In this document: positions 41,122 through 54,093 of the stretch, one piece after another
Position numbering within the stretch: position 1 is the stretch's first letter
How the letters are laid out: every line of letters begins with the position of its first letter
Assembly: GCA_044866775.1 (NCBI GenBank)
Contig: JBIOUG010000142.1
Coordinates: forward strand, 1,847-65,846
Direction of reading: 5' to 3'
From: Thermoanaerobaculia bacterium
GTDB lineage: Bacteria; Acidobacteriota; Thermoanaerobaculia; Multivoradales; UBA5704
Length of the DNA: 64,000 bases
The notes under the pieces: generated by a model
What the model was told of the DNA's origin: nothing
What the model saw: the letters and a program-made list of their open reading frames with translations, nothing else
The model's database searches: none
Position numbers and translations under genes: made by a program

Positions 41122-41964
41122 CTACCCCATGATGGCGAGCGCCCGCAGAGCGACCTCGCCCAGCGCGCGGTCGCCGTCGATCTTCACCCGCTCTTTCGCC
41201 GCGTTCCCCTTGAGGCCCTTGGTGAAGAGCCGCCAAGCCGCGTCGTCGCTCAGACTGACGACCGCGGCCGGTTCTGCGGCCGCGCCGGCATGCAGCTCCC
41301 ACGCGGTCTCGTCGCGTATCAATGACCAGGTGTCGCCGGCCTCGCCGGTGACGCGAAACGTCACCGCCGCGCCGTCGGGTGCCACCGTCTCCACGTACGT
41401 GCGCGGCAGCGCCCGCACGAACGTCGCGAGCACCGGGTGCAGCCAGCGGCGGGCGGTGAGCGGCGGCGCGCCGACGGCGTCGCGGATCTGCTGCTGGTGG
41501 TGCCACCACTCGGTGTACTCGCGCGCCACGTCCATCCAGTTGCGGGAGACCTCCTCGCCGGCCCAGGCGACGGAGAAGATGGCTTCAGCGTCGGGGTCGA
41601 GAGCGGCGAGGAGCACGCAACTCTGGGGTCCGACGACGTCGAGGAGGTCGATCAGCACGCGCGGGCTCAGGCGGCGGGCCGCGGTCACCCACTCCGCGTT
41701 CAGCCGGTCGAGGAAGGCGACGAGGCCGCCGTAGGTCGCGATCGGCGCCTCCGGCCGCAGGGCGTGGCCGTCGCGCTGCACCGAGAGGCGGCGGAGCTGG
41801 CTGTCGAGGAGGTGAGCGGCGACGTCCCGGACCGACCAGGCCGGGGCCGCGGTGGGCCGTGCCCAGTCGGCGGCGCCGAGCCCGCGCAGCAGGCGCACCA
41901 GCTCGGCGTGAAGCTGGGGGAAGAGGTCGACGACGTCGACGCGCGGCAGCGGCTGGAGGGTCAC
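41122..41964 (-). CDS. DinB-like / maleylpyruvate isomerase N-terminal domain family protein
   Basis: LFPQLHAELVRLLRGLGAADWARPTAAPAWSVRDVAAHLLD is the typical TIGR03083-like N-terminus. GTG start. Confidence 0.7.
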   Translation of the reverse strand: MTLQPLPRVDVVDLFPQLHAELVRLLRGLGAADWARPTAAPAWSVRDVAAHLLDSQLRRLSVQRDGHALRPEAPIATYGGLVAFLDRLNAEWVTAARRLSPRVLIDLLDVVGPQSCVLLAALDPDAEAIFSVAWAGEEVSRNWMDVAREYTEWWHHQQQIRDAVGAPPLTARRWLHPVLATFVRALPRTYVETVAPDGAAVTFRVTGEAGDTWSLIRDETAWELHAGAAAEPAAVVSLSDDAAWRLFTKGLKGNAAKERVKIDGDRALGEVALRALAIMG

Positions 41965-41980
41965 CGCGCCCTCGGCAGGG

Positions 41981-42538
41981 CTACGAGGTCGCCTTCTGCA
42001 GCACCTTGCGCACGGTCGGCCCGTCGACGATGCTGCTCTCGAGGAAGGCGATCCGCCCGTTGCGGTCGACGATCAGCAGCGTCGGCAGGGCGTAGACCTC
42101 GAGCCGCTCGGCGGCCGAGTCCTCGGGGTCGAGGAGCGCCGGGTAGGGGAGCGGGTTCCTGGCCAGGAACTTCTTGACCGTCTCCGGCGACTCGCCGAGG
42201 TCGACGGCGAAGAACTTGACCCCCTTGTCCTTGAAGTCGCGGTGGATCGGCTCGAGGATCTTCGACTGCACGTGGCAGGGCCCGCACCAGGTGGCCCAGA
42301 AGTCGATCAGCACCACCACCCCCTTGTGCTGCTCGAGCGAGAAGGGCTTGCCCTCGAGGGTGCGGAGCCCGAGCTTCGGCAACGATGCCCCGACCCGCCC
42401 GGCCGACCCGGCCGAGGCGCCGTGATTGCAGGCGAGAAGAAGCGTCGCGGTCAGGGCACAGGTGAGCAGCGAAGTCCTGCTGGGTAGGGAAAGACGGGGC
42501 ACCATCCGCATCCTCATGGCCGCGCAAGTGTAGGGCAT
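41981..42538 (-). CDS. TlpA-family thiol:disulfide oxidoreductase (thioredoxin fold), probable lipoprotein
   Basis: TATLLLAC lipobox. VVLIDFWATWCGPC active site. The start is uncertain (several in-frame Met). Confidence 0.85.
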   Translation of the reverse strand: MPYTCAAMRMRMVPRLSLPSRTSLLTCALTATLLLACNHGASAGSAGRVGASLPKLGLRTLEGKPFSLEQHKGVVVLIDFWATWCGPCHVQSKILEPIHRDFKDKGVKFFAVDLGESPETVKKFLARNPLPYPALLDPEDSAAERLEVYALPTLLIVDRNGRIAFLESSIVDGPTVRKVLQKATS

Positions 42539-42585
42539 CCGGGCGGCTGCGCCAAAAGGAACCCGGGATGGGCGCGCCTATATTC

Positions 42586-42846
42586 CTAGCCTAGCCGCCA
42601 GACCTCCTCGTCGCTCACGAGGTCACCACGGGCGATGTCGTCGAGGCCGCGCCGGACCGCAGCGGCCAGCTCGGGATCAACGAGGATGTCGAGCGTCTCC
42701 AGGAGTCCCTCATACTCATCGACCGAGAGCAGCACGCCGGCAGGACGGCCCGATCGGGTGATCACCACGCTCTCCCCGAGCTGTTCGACCTCCTTGAGCA
42801 GGCGGGCGAGTTGAGCCTTGGCTTCGGAGAGGGGGACGGTGGGCAT
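42586..42846 (-). CDS. Phd/YefM-family type II antitoxin (no cognate toxin gene adjacent)
   Basis: MPTVPLSEAKAQLARLLKEVEQLGESVVITRSGRPAGVLLSVDEYEGLLETLDIL. Confidence 0.8.
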   Translation of the reverse strand: MPTVPLSEAKAQLARLLKEVEQLGESVVITRSGRPAGVLLSVDEYEGLLETLDILVDPELAAAVRRGLDDIARGDLVSDEEVWRLG

Positions 42847-43194
42847 GCGGAGCTCCTCAGACCAGATCTTGGACTAGATTTGCGCCGAGGAGGGCCGATC
42901 TGCTCTACATCCTCGCGATCGTCGAGAAGTCCCAGGCCGCGGCCTGGCTCCAGGAGCTCGGAGAACCGGAATGAAGAAGGTCGCCCTGTCCGCCGAGTCC
43001 GATCCACGCTTCCTGGCACGCATCGACGCAGCGCGCCAGAGCATCCGTGCCAGCCGTGGCGTCCCTCTCAAGGAGGCTCCCGAGTAAAGGGAGGCTGAGG
43101 TCCAGCGCCCCGTCGCTACCCCTTCTTCCCGCGCTTCTTTTTCCCACCCTTCACAGTCTCGACGACGGTGGTGGTCGGATGCCTCGAAACCCAC

Positions 43195-46002
<2,808 letters not shown>

Positions 46003-46094
46003 GTCACCAGCCTCCTTGCACGCGATGTGGGGTTACCAATGGCTTGACCATCGGTAAGAGTAGCGCCGCCGGCGCGGCTTCGTCAAGGGGAAAA

Positions 46095-46110
46095 CCACAA
46101 GATGTAGTGG
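46095..46110. promoter_or_regulatory. NrdR-box-like palindrome upstream of nrdJ
   Basis: CCACAAGATGTAGTGG vs remembered consensus acaCwAtATaTwGtgt (12/14 of the core). A related half-site run, CCACATCTTCTGG, lies at 46164..46176. The region is locally AT-rich. Confidence 0.4.
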
Positions 46111-46247
46111 TCTGTACTTACGTAACCCCCACATAGGCGGGAGCGCGGGAACATTTTGCAGCTCCACATCTTCTGGACAGGTTTTCCACAGTAGCTTTTA
46201 CCACCCTCTCCCGGGCGGCCGGGGAGGGCGGGTTGCAAAGATGGACG

Positions 46248-47300
46248 TCAGGGGAGCGCGGCCGGCGCGACGGGGAGGGGGGAGTAGGCCATGCCGTCGG
46301 GCTCCTTGCCGGCGGTGAGGTGGCCGGTGACCTGCCAGGTCGCGAGGTCGAGGACGGCCACCTTGTCGGCGTTCGAGTTGGCGACCCAGGCGCGGCGGCC
46401 CTCGGGGTCGACGACGATGCCGATCGGCACCGGGCTCGTGCCGAAGGCGCCGAGGAGGCGGCCTTCGGTGGCGACGGCCTGAAGGCCCATGGGGATGCGG
46501 CGCTCGAGCGTGCGGTCGGTCGTCGAGAAGACGGCGACGTCGCCGGCGCGGGCGTTGCTGACCAGGACGTGGCGGCCGTCGGGTGTCACCTTGGCGCGGA
46601 TCGGGAAACCGGGGGAGTCGATCGTGCCCACGATCGCGAGCGTCTCGGCGTCGACGACCGAGATCGTGCCGGCCTCGCGGTTGGTCACCCACACCTGCCG
46701 CCCGTCGGGCGAGACGGCGATCCCCTCGGCGCCGGCGCCGGTCGGGACGTCCCCGAGCTTCTTGCCGGCGGCGAGATCGATCGCCGTCATCGACCCCGAG
46801 CCGATGTTGGCGACGAAGGCACGCCGGCCGTCCTTGGCCGCCGCCACCATGTGCGACACCTCCTGGCCGGTCGGGATCGCGCGCAGCACCGTGCCCGCCT
46901 CGACGTCCACCTCGAGGAGCTCCTTGCCCGCCTCGGCGGTCACCAGCGCGCGGCGGCCGTCGAGCCAGGTGAGGCCGTGGGGGCGGCGGTGCGCGCCCAG
47001 GTCGATCGTCTTCTCGACCCGCGCCGCCGGCACGTCGACGAGCGTCAGCGTCGAGCCCGGCCGCGGGCCGGTGCCGTAGTTGGCGACGAGCGCGTGGCGG
47101 CCGTCCGGCGACACCGCCACCTCGTGCGGGCCTTCGCCGGTGGGCAGCGTCGCGACCACCTTGCCGCTCGCGAGCTCGATCAGCGACACCGTCGCCTCGG
47201 CCTTGTTGCCGACGACCAGGGTCGCGGCGGCGGCGGCGGAGGCCGTGAGCAGGCAGACGGCGGCGGCGAGGGTCGCGGCGCGGCGGGCGGACCGGGGCAT
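46248..47300 (-). CDS. secreted YVTN-family beta-propeller repeat protein
   Basis: Signal peptide. Repeated ~40-aa units with the pattern G..P.G(I/L)A(V/Y)SPDGR...V(A/T)N. Confidence 0.8.
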   Translation of the reverse strand: MPRSARRAATLAAAVCLLTASAAAAATLVVGNKAEATVSLIELASGKVVATLPTGEGPHEVAVSPDGRHALVANYGTGPRPGSTLTLVDVPAARVEKTIDLGAHRRPHGLTWLDGRRALVTAEAGKELLEVDVEAGTVLRAIPTGQEVSHMVAAAKDGRRAFVANIGSGSMTAIDLAAGKKLGDVPTGAGAEGIAVSPDGRQVWVTNREAGTISVVDAETLAIVGTIDSPGFPIRAKVTPDGRHVLVSNARAGDVAVFSTTDRTLERRIPMGLQAVATEGRLLGAFGTSPVPIGIVVDPEGRRAWVANSNADKVAVLDLATWQVTGHLTAGKEPDGMAYSPLPVAPAALP

Positions 47301-47326
47301 CGTGCGGCGGACTCTATAATGCCGCC

Positions 47327-48964
47327 GTGACCATCGAGACCAAGCCGGAGGCGGCGGCGCGGCCGGCGCCCGAGGCCGCGCCGGTCGCGGCGGTCACCAC
47401 CAGCTCGGGCATCCCCGTCAGCACGACCTACCGCCCGGCCGACGTCGCCGGCATCGACTACGACACCCGGATCGGCGATCCCGGCCGTTTCCCCTACACC
47501 CGCGGTCTGCACCCGGAGATGTACCGCCGGCGCCCGTGGACGATGCGCCAGTACGCCGGCTACGCCGACGCCGGCGAGTCCAACCGCCGCTACCGGTACC
47601 TGCTGGCGCAGGGGACGACCGGCCTCTCGGTCGCCTTCGACCTGCCGACCCAGATCGGCTACGACTCCGATCACCCGCTGGCGCGCGGCGAGGTGGGGCG
47701 GGTGGGGGTGGCGATCGACTCGATCGAGGACATGCGGCGGCTCTTCGACGGCATCCCGCTCGACCGGGTGACGAGCTCGATGACGATCAACGCCACGGCG
47801 GCGATCCTCCTCGCGCTCTACCTCGCGGTGGCCGAGGAGCAGGGCGTGGCGTGGGAGAAGGTGGGGGGGACGGTCCAGAACGACATCTTGAAGGAGTACG
47901 CGGCGCGCGGCACCTATATCTACCCGCCCGGGCCGTCGCTCAAGCTGGTCACCGACCTGATCGCCTTCTGCACCGAGCGGGTGCCGCGCTGGAACACCAT
48001 CTCGATCTCCGGCTACCACATGCGCGAGGCGGGGTCGACCGCGGTGCAGGAGGTGGCCTTCACCCTGGCGCACGGTCTCGCCTACGTCGAGGCGGCGCTC
48101 GGGCGCGGTCTCGCGATCGACGACTTCGCGCCGCGCTTCTCGTTCTTCTTCAACGCCCACAACGACTTCCTCGAAGAGGTGGCGAAGTTCCGCGCCGCCC
48201 GGCGCCTCTGGGCCGAGCTGGTGCGCGAGCGCTTCGCGCCCAAGGACCCGCGCTCCGGCTGGCTCCGCTTCCACACCCAGACCGCGGGGTCGACCCTCAC
48301 CGCCCAGCAGCCGCAGAACAACGTCGTGCGGGTGGCGATCCAGGCGCTGGCGGCGGTCTGCGGCGGCACGCAGTCGCTGCACACCAACGCTCTGGACGAG
48401 GCGCTCGGGCTGCCGACCGAGTCGGCGGCCCGCCTGGCGCTGCGCACCCAGCAGGTGATCGCCCACGAGAGCGGCGTGACGCAGGTGGCCGACCCGCTGG
48501 GCGGGAGCTGGGTGATCGAGGCCTGGACCGACGAGATCGCGGCGCGGGCGCGCGAGTACATCCGCCGGATCGACGAGATGGGCGGCGCGCTCGCCGCGCT
48601 CGAGCGCGGCTTCACGCAGCAGGAGATCGCCGACGCCGCCTACGCCCACCAGCTCGCGGTCGAGGAGCGGCGCGCGACGGTCGTCGGCGTCAACGCCTAC
48701 GCCGACCAAGACGACGAGCCGGCCGAGGTGCTGGTGGTCGACCCGGCGTCGGAGCACGAGCAGGTGGCGCGCCTCGCCGCCTTGCGCGCCCGCCGCGACG
48801 CCGCGCGCGCCGCCGCCACGACCGCCGCCTTGGAGCGCGCCGCCGCCGAGAACCGCAACGTCCTCCCCGCCATCCTCGACTGCGTGCGCGCCGAGGTGAC
48901 GCTCGGCGAGATCGCCGACGCCCTGCGCCGGGTCTTCGGCGAGTACCGCGACACCGGGTTCTGA
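47327..48964 (+). CDS. methylmalonyl-CoA mutase-family large (catalytic) subunit, without fused B12-binding domain
   Basis: [28 protein letters not shown]...[17 protein letters not shown]...[11 protein letters not shown]. The 545-aa length fits the split-type large subunit. GTG start. Confidence 0.9.
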   Translation: MTIETKPEAAARPAPEAAPVAAVTTSSGIPVSTTYRPADVAGIDYDTRIGDPGRFPYTRGLHPEMYRRRPWTMRQYAGYADAGESNRRYRYLLAQGTTGLSVAFDLPTQIGYDSDHPLARGEVGRVGVAIDSIEDMRRLFDGIPLDRVTSSMTINATAAILLALYLAVAEEQGVAWEKVGGTVQNDILKEYAARGTYIYPPGPSLKLVTDLIAFCTERVPRWNTISISGYHMREAGSTAVQEVAFTLAHGLAYVEAALGRGLAIDDFAPRFSFFFNAHNDFLEEVAKFRAARRLWAELVRERFAPKDPRSGWLRFHTQTAGSTLTAQQPQNNVVRVAIQALAAVCGGTQSLHTNALDEALGLPTESAARLALRTQQVIAHESGVTQVADPLGGSWVIEAWTDEIAARAREYIRRIDEMGGALAALERGFTQQEIADAAYAHQLAVEERRATVVGVNAYADQDDEPAEVLVVDPASEHEQVARLAALRARRDAARAAATTAALERAAAENRNVLPAILDCVRAEVTLGEIADALRRVFGEYRDTGF

Positions 48965-49326
48965 TGCGCGTCACGCCGGACGAGTTCGAGGAGCTGGTGG
49001 CCAAAGCCCTCGACGGATTGCCGGAGCAGTTCGCCGACCTGCTCGAGAACGTGGCGGTGGTGGTCGAGGAGGAGTGCGACCCGGAGGACCTCGAGGCGAT
49101 GGGCCTCGACCCCGACGAGGAGGAGATCTTCGGCCTCTACCAGGGGGTCTCGCTCGCCGAGCGCGACTCCTACTACGCCGCCCTCCCCGACCGCGTGGTC
49201 ATCTACCGCGGCCCCATCCTCCGCGCCTGCGGCTCGCGCCGCGAGGTGATCCGCGAGGTGCGCGACACCGTCGTCCACGAGCTCGGCCACCACTTCGGGC
49301 TCGACGACGACGAGATGCCGTATTGA
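48964..49326 (+). CDS. zincin-like metallopeptidase family protein (DUF1025-like)
   Basis: The ATGA overlap with the mutase stop suggests coupling. VVHELGHHFGLDD is the HExxH motif. Confidence 0.75.
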   Translation: MRVTPDEFEELVAKALDGLPEQFADLLENVAVVVEEECDPEDLEAMGLDPDEEEIFGLYQGVSLAERDSYYAALPDRVVIYRGPILRACGSRREVIREVRDTVVHELGHHFGLDDDEMPY

Positions 49327-49362
49327 GCACCAGACTTCCGCGCCGGGCCTCGCCGGTGGCGC

Positions 49363-49394
49363 GAAAACGCCCGGGACGTGGCCCGGGCGCTACG
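49363..49394 (+). repeat. REP-like element copy G
   Basis: gaaaacgcccgggacgtggcccgggcgctacg is identical to copy B and lies in a convergent intergenic region. Confidence 0.85.
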
Positions 49395-49399
49395 GTCTG

Positions 49400-52300
49400 C
49401 TAGGTCCCGCCCGCCGCCATCGGCCGCGCGTCCAGCATCGCGAAGGCCTCGGCCAGGCTCGTCTGCGCCGCCACGGGGTTGAGCATCGCGTCCATCGCGT
49501 GCGAGCCCAGGGCGCGATAGCTCTCGAACTGCGACTCGCTGTAGAACTGGTCGGCCGTCGACTCGTGCGGGAAGTCGGGATGGTTCTTGGCGTAGTTGAC
49601 GACGTCGAGCGGCTCGCTGCCGTTGAGCGAGGCCTTGACGTAGAGGATCCACCCGTCCTCGTCCGGCGAGGTGCCGTCGACGCACGAGTAGCGCACCCGT
49701 CCCAGGGCGTAGTACGGCGCCGGCGGGCCCGCGGCCGGGGCGTTGGCGTCGTAGGGCCGCATCGGCGGCGTCGCGCCGAACTCGATCGGGATGCCGAAGT
49801 CGGTGCGGATCTTGCTCACCGCGAGCCCCAGCCCCGCGAAGCGGTACTCGCCGTCCGCCTCGGCGTCGATCGCCACCAGATAGCGGCAGCGCCGGATCAC
49901 CATCTCGTAGAGGCCGAGGTTGTCGAAGTGACCGCCGTCGGAGAGGTAGACGTACGGGTGCCGGTCGTCGGTCAGGCCGAAGGTCTCGGCGATGAGCGGC
50001 CGCGGCGCGAAGCGCGGCCCCGGCTGGGCGTACGTCCTGGCGCCGAAGCGTCCCGGGTTGCCCAGCCACCAGCCGAGCCGGACGTTGAAGAAGGCGAGGA
50101 GGAAGGTGACGACCGGCGAGGAGTTGTAGCCCATGTTGGGGCTGGCGGCGGCGCCCGAGATCGCGAGCGCGGTGCCGAGCGAGATCGCGCGGTCGGTGCC
50201 CGGATGGAGCCCGTAGCGGGCGGCGTCGCGGTAGCCGAGCTGCCAGCTCCCGCAGTGGAGCGGCGAGACGGTGAACGACTCGGCCTTGCGGTCCTGCCAG
50301 GCGAGGTTGCCGCCGCCCACCAGGTTGAGGGTGGCGTTGACGACGTGCAGCGGCCGGTTGCCGCGCAGGGCGTGCATCTGCAGGTTGTCCTGCTCGTCGA
50401 AGCCGGTGAAGGGGTCGGGCTGGCGCGTCCCCGGCAGCCGCGAGGCCCCGAGGTAGGAGCGGATCAGGCGGTCGCGGTAGGCGCCGTGGAGCGAGAAGCG
50501 GTTGACGTCGATGCGCGCGCCCATGACCACGACCGGCACCACCAGGGCGAGCGTCGCCGCGGCGAGCGCCCACCAGGGCGAGTGCATGAGCGTGCCGATC
50601 AAGTCGAGGCGGTCGAAGCGGCTCGCCGGGTGGTCCGGCCAGCGGACGCCGACGGCGAGCGCCCGCACCAGGTAGGTCGTGCCGAGCGAGAGCGCGGCGA
50701 CCAGGAGGAGCGCGAAGACCGGCGCCGCCAGGGTCAGACCGACGTTGCCGAGCTTGGCCGCCGTCCCCTGCGGCGCCCGCTCGTCCTTCTCCCCCTTGGC
50801 CGCCGTCTTGCCGCTCTTGCCGAGGAGCGCCGTCGTCACTCCCGAGAGCCCGCCGAGGACGCCGAAGACCTCGGGCAGGGCGGCGACCGCGGGCGGCCCG
50901 AAGACGACCAGGGCGTTGATCCCGCCGCCGACGACGATCGCGATCAGCATCCAGGAGCCGCCGCGCGCCAGCCATTCGCGGTCCTCGTCGGTGGTGTGGC
51001 GGCTGGCGAGGCCGACGAAGAGGGTCGCCGACAGCAGGAAGAGCCAGAGGACGAGCGGGCCCGCGAAGGCGGCGTAGTAGGGCGAGAGGTGATCGCCGTC
51101 GTAGACCGCAAAGCCGGTGGCGACCGGCACGGTCAGGAGACCGCCGAGGGCGCCGCTCGCCACCACCGCGATCGCCTCGCCGAGATGGAGCCGGCGCACC
51201 CAGACGAAGGAGAGGAGGTAGCCGCCGAGGTGGAGGAGCGCGGCGAAGAGCGTGATCGCGAGCCAGGTGGGGACCGCCCGCCCGGCGACCGCGAACCGCA
51301 CGGTGGCGTTCTCGGGGCGCATCCAGGCCCAGAACACAGTCAGCGCCAGGACCATGAGGACGAGCGGCGCCAGGCAGAGGAGCAGGAACCAGGACTGGTT
51401 GCGCAGGCCGGCGGGGAAGCGGCTCTCGCCATGCCCGACGAGGCTCGGCCGGTTGGCGACGATGTAGGCGATGGCGAAGGCGCCGCAGGCGGCGGCGAGC
51501 CAGAAGGGCGCCCACTGCCACAGTTGGCCGGCGGGCCGGCTCTGCGTGATCCAGATGCGGAAGCGCGGCAGGCTCAAGCCGAGCGCCAGGAGCGGCAAGA
51601 GGACCAGCCAGTTGAGGAAGAGGTTGCGGAAGTAGATCCCGATGAGCGTCCAGGTGTCGGCCGAGAGGAATCCCAGCCGCGGGCTCAGGTAGCGGCTGAA
51701 GCTCCGCAGGTGGCGCACCGGCTCGGGCTCGGGGTAGAGGGCCTGCGCGCGCTGCGGCGTGGCGGCGAGCTCGGCCGCCACGGCGGTGACGGCCGCCGCC
51801 GCGTCGCCGGCAGACGGCGGGCCGTCGTCGGGCAGCCGGCGGTCGATCCAGGCGCTGAGCCAGCTCCCGAGGTAGCCGCCGCCCGAGACGGTCGAGAGGA
51901 AGTCGAAGGCGCCGAGCAGGCGGTGGCGCGCGAGGCCCTGCACGACGCCGAGGGCGAAGGTGGCGCTGCGGATGCCGCCGCCCGACAGGCACAGCGCGCT
52001 GCGCCCCCAGCCGGCCCGCTCCTGCTCGTGCAGCCAGGCGTAGAGCTCCCCGACCAGCTCCGAGTCGAGGCGCCGGCGGACGTCGTCGGCGCCGGGAGCG
52101 TCGCCGTAGAGCGCGGCGAGCTGCCGGCCGACCTCGGCGCGGCGCTCGCGGAAGCGCTCGCCGAGCCCGCTCTCCGGGCGCTGCTGCTCGATCTCCGCGG
52201 CGAGCGCGTCGAAGAGCAGGAGCGGCGGGTCCGCGTCCCGCGCGCGGCGCGGCGTCATCAGTCGGCTCGAGGACGTCGACGTTCCCGGTGGAGCGCTCAT
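49400..52300 (-). CDS. large polytopic patatin-like phospholipase family protein
   Basis: CLSGGGIRSATF (oxyanion GGGxR), STVSGGGY (nucleophile elbow), and far downstream SDGGHFDNLG (Asp of the dyad), with many hydrophobic helices between. ATG at 52300 is preferred (GGAGG 7 nt upstream); the track starts at 52393. Confidence 0.8.
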   Translation of the reverse strand: MSAPPGTSTSSSRLMTPRRARDADPPLLLFDALAAEIEQQRPESGLGERFRERRAEVGRQLAALYGDAPGADDVRRRLDSELVGELYAWLHEQERAGWGRSALCLSGGGIRSATFALGVVQGLARHRLLGAFDFLSTVSGGGYLGSWLSAWIDRRLPDDGPPSAGDAAAAVTAVAAELAATPQRAQALYPEPEPVRHLRSFSRYLSPRLGFLSADTWTLIGIYFRNLFLNWLVLLPLLALGLSLPRFRIWITQSRPAGQLWQWAPFWLAAACGAFAIAYIVANRPSLVGHGESRFPAGLRNQSWFLLLCLAPLVLMVLALTVFWAWMRPENATVRFAVAGRAVPTWLAITLFAALLHLGGYLLSFVWVRRLHLGEAIAVVASGALGGLLTVPVATGFAVYDGDHLSPYYAAFAGPLVLWLFLLSATLFVGLASRHTTDEDREWLARGGSWMLIAIVVGGGINALVVFGPPAVAALPEVFGVLGGLSGVTTALLGKSGKTAAKGEKDERAPQGTAAKLGNVGLTLAAPVFALLLVAALSLGTTYLVRALAVGVRWPDHPASRFDRLDLIGTLMHSPWWALAAATLALVVPVVVMGARIDVNRFSLHGAYRDRLIRSYLGASRLPGTRQPDPFTGFDEQDNLQMHALRGNRPLHVVNATLNLVGGGNLAWQDRKAESFTVSPLHCGSWQLGYRDAARYGLHPGTDRAISLGTALAISGAAASPNMGYNSSPVVTFLLAFFNVRLGWWLGNPGRFGARTYAQPGPRFAPRPLIAETFGLTDDRHPYVYLSDGGHFDNLGLYEMVIRRCRYLVAIDAEADGEYRFAGLGLAVSKIRTDFGIPIEFGATPPMRPYDANAPAAGPPAPYYALGRVRYSCVDGTSPDEDGWILYVKASLNGSEPLDVVNYAKNHPDFPHESTADQFYSESQFESYRALGSHAMDAMLNPVAAQTSLAEAFAMLDARPMAAGGT

Positions 52301-52367
52301 CGGCTGACCTCCGGCGTGCGGCGCGCTGCTGCTCGGTTGCCGCGGATTATCGATCAAGCGGGCCCGG

Positions 52368-52383
52368 CGCGAAAGCTTTCGCG
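52368..52383. promoter_or_regulatory. perfect 16-bp palindrome in the divergent patatin / K+ channel intergenic region
   Basis: CGCGAAAG|CTTTCGCG lies 22 nt upstream of the channel GTG. It is related to the 20-nt hairpin at 61273 and 62063. Confidence 0.35.
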
Positions 52384-52404
52384 TCTCGACCATAGAATGA
52401 CCGC

Positions 52405-54045
52405 GTGCACCGCGCCCGCCGACGCCTGCTGCTGCTCTTGGCGTCGCTGCCGCTCCTGGTGCTCGTAGCGGCGGTGCTCTACCAGCTCGGCATGGCGCGT
52501 CTCGAGGGGGCGCCGCGCGGCTTCTGGCACAGCCTCGAGTGGGCGGGGGAGACCCTCACCACCACCGGCTACGGCTCCGACTCCCGCTGGCGCCATCCGG
52601 CGATGGTGCTGTTCGTCGTCGCGCTCCAGTTCGTCGGCGTCTTCCTCGTCTACCTGCTCGTCCCGGTCTACCTGATCCCGGTCCTCGAGGAGCGCTTCGA
52701 GACCCGCCTGCCGGTGCGGCTCGCCGACGACCTCGCGGACCACGTCCTCCTCTTCCGCTACGGCCCGGCAGTCGAGACCCTGCTCGCCGAGGCCGCCGGC
52801 GCCGGCATCGCGACGCTGGTGCTGGAGCCCGACGAGGCCGAGGCGCGGCGGCTCTTCGAGCGCGGCCAGCCGGTGCTCCACCGCGGCCTCGACGCCGAGT
52901 CGCTGCGCGCGGCGCGCCTCGACCGCGCCCGCGCCGTCGTCGCCAACGGCAGCGACGACGAGGACGCGGCGCTCATCCTGACCGCCCGCCAGCTCGGCTA
53001 CGCCGGGCCGATCTACGCCCTGGTCGAGGAGCCGTTCCACCGCCAGCCGATGATGCTCGCCGGCGCCACCGCGGTCTTCACGCCGCGCCACATCCTGGGG
53101 GCCGCGCTGGCGGCGCGGGCGAGCGCGCGGCTCGGGCCGCGGGTCGAGGAGATCGGCCACCTCGGCCGCAGCCTCGAGGTGGCGGAGGTGCGCATCCACC
53201 CCGGCAGCCCGCTCGCCGGCCAGACCCTCGGCGCCGCCGGGATCGGCGCCAGGACCGGCGCCACGGTCATCGGCCAGTGGCTGCGCGGCAAGCTCCTGAC
53301 GCCGGCCACCGCCGACCTGCGGCTCGAGCCCGACGGGGTGCTGGTGGCGGTCGGCGGGCGCGACAGCATCGACCGCCTGACCGAGCTGGCGCACGGCGGC
53401 GCGGCGCGGCGCCGCGGCGAGGGGCCGTTCGTGGTCTGCGGCTACGGCGAGGTGGGCGGCAAGGTGGTCGAGCTGCTGCGCGAGGTCGGGGAGGAGGTGC
53501 GGGTGATCGACCGCCGCGCCAGGGAGGGCGTCGACGTGGCCGGCGAGGTGCTCGACCCGCGCGTCCTCGAGCGCGCCGAGGTGCGGGCGGCGCGCGTCGT
53601 CATCCTCGCCCTCGACAGCGACAGCGCCACCCTCTTCGCCACCGTCATCCTGAAGGACCTGGCGCCCGAGGTGCCGGTCATCGCCCGCGTCAACCAGGCC
53701 GAGAACGTCGAGCGCATCCACCGCGCCGGCGCCTACTTCGCGCTCTCGATCAGCCAGGTCTCGGGGATGATGCTGGCGCGGCGGCTGCTCGACGAGGAGG
53801 CGGTGTCGATCGATCCCCAGTTGAAGGTGCGGCGGGTGCCGGTCGCGGGCGTCCTCGTCGGCCGGCACCCGGCCGGGCTCGGCATCCGCGAGCGGACCGG
53901 CGCCTCGGTGGTGGCGGTCGAGCGCGGCGACGAGGTGCTGGTCGAGCTCGATCCGCGCTTCCGCTTCGCCGCCGGCGACGCCGCCTACGTCTGCGGCAGC
54001 GCCGAGGCGGTGCGGCGGTTCGTCGAGGAGTTCAAGAGCGCCTGA
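52405..54045 (+). CDS. potassium channel protein with two RCK (TrkA-N/TrkA-C) modules
   Basis: Selectivity filter TLTTTGYGSD. Rossmann-like FVVCGYGEVGGKV. C-terminal TrkA-C-like segments. GTG start. Confidence 0.85.
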   Translation: MHRARRRLLLLLASLPLLVLVAAVLYQLGMARLEGAPRGFWHSLEWAGETLTTTGYGSDSRWRHPAMVLFVVALQFVGVFLVYLLVPVYLIPVLEERFETRLPVRLADDLADHVLLFRYGPAVETLLAEAAGAGIATLVLEPDEAEARRLFERGQPVLHRGLDAESLRAARLDRARAVVANGSDDEDAALILTARQLGYAGPIYALVEEPFHRQPMMLAGATAVFTPRHILGAALAARASARLGPRVEEIGHLGRSLEVAEVRIHPGSPLAGQTLGAAGIGARTGATVIGQWLRGKLLTPATADLRLEPDGVLVAVGGRDSIDRLTELAHGGAARRRGEGPFVVCGYGEVGGKVVELLREVGEEVRVIDRRAREGVDVAGEVLDPRVLERAEVRAARVVILALDSDSATLFATVILKDLAPEVPVIARVNQAENVERIHRAGAYFALSISQVSGMMLARRLLDEEAVSIDPQLKVRRVPVAGVLVGRHPAGLGIRERTGASVVAVERGDEVLVELDPRFRFAAGDAAYVCGSAEAVRRFVEEFKSA

Positions 54046-54093
54046 GCGCCGCGCCGCCAGGCGCCTCTCGCCGGCACCGCTACAATCGGCTTC

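Noticed and set aside
46003-46247. Cobalamin riboswitch upstream of the B12-dependent RNR
   Set aside because: I found no B12-box-like core. Riboswitch control is expected for B12-independent isozymes rather than for nrdJ itself.
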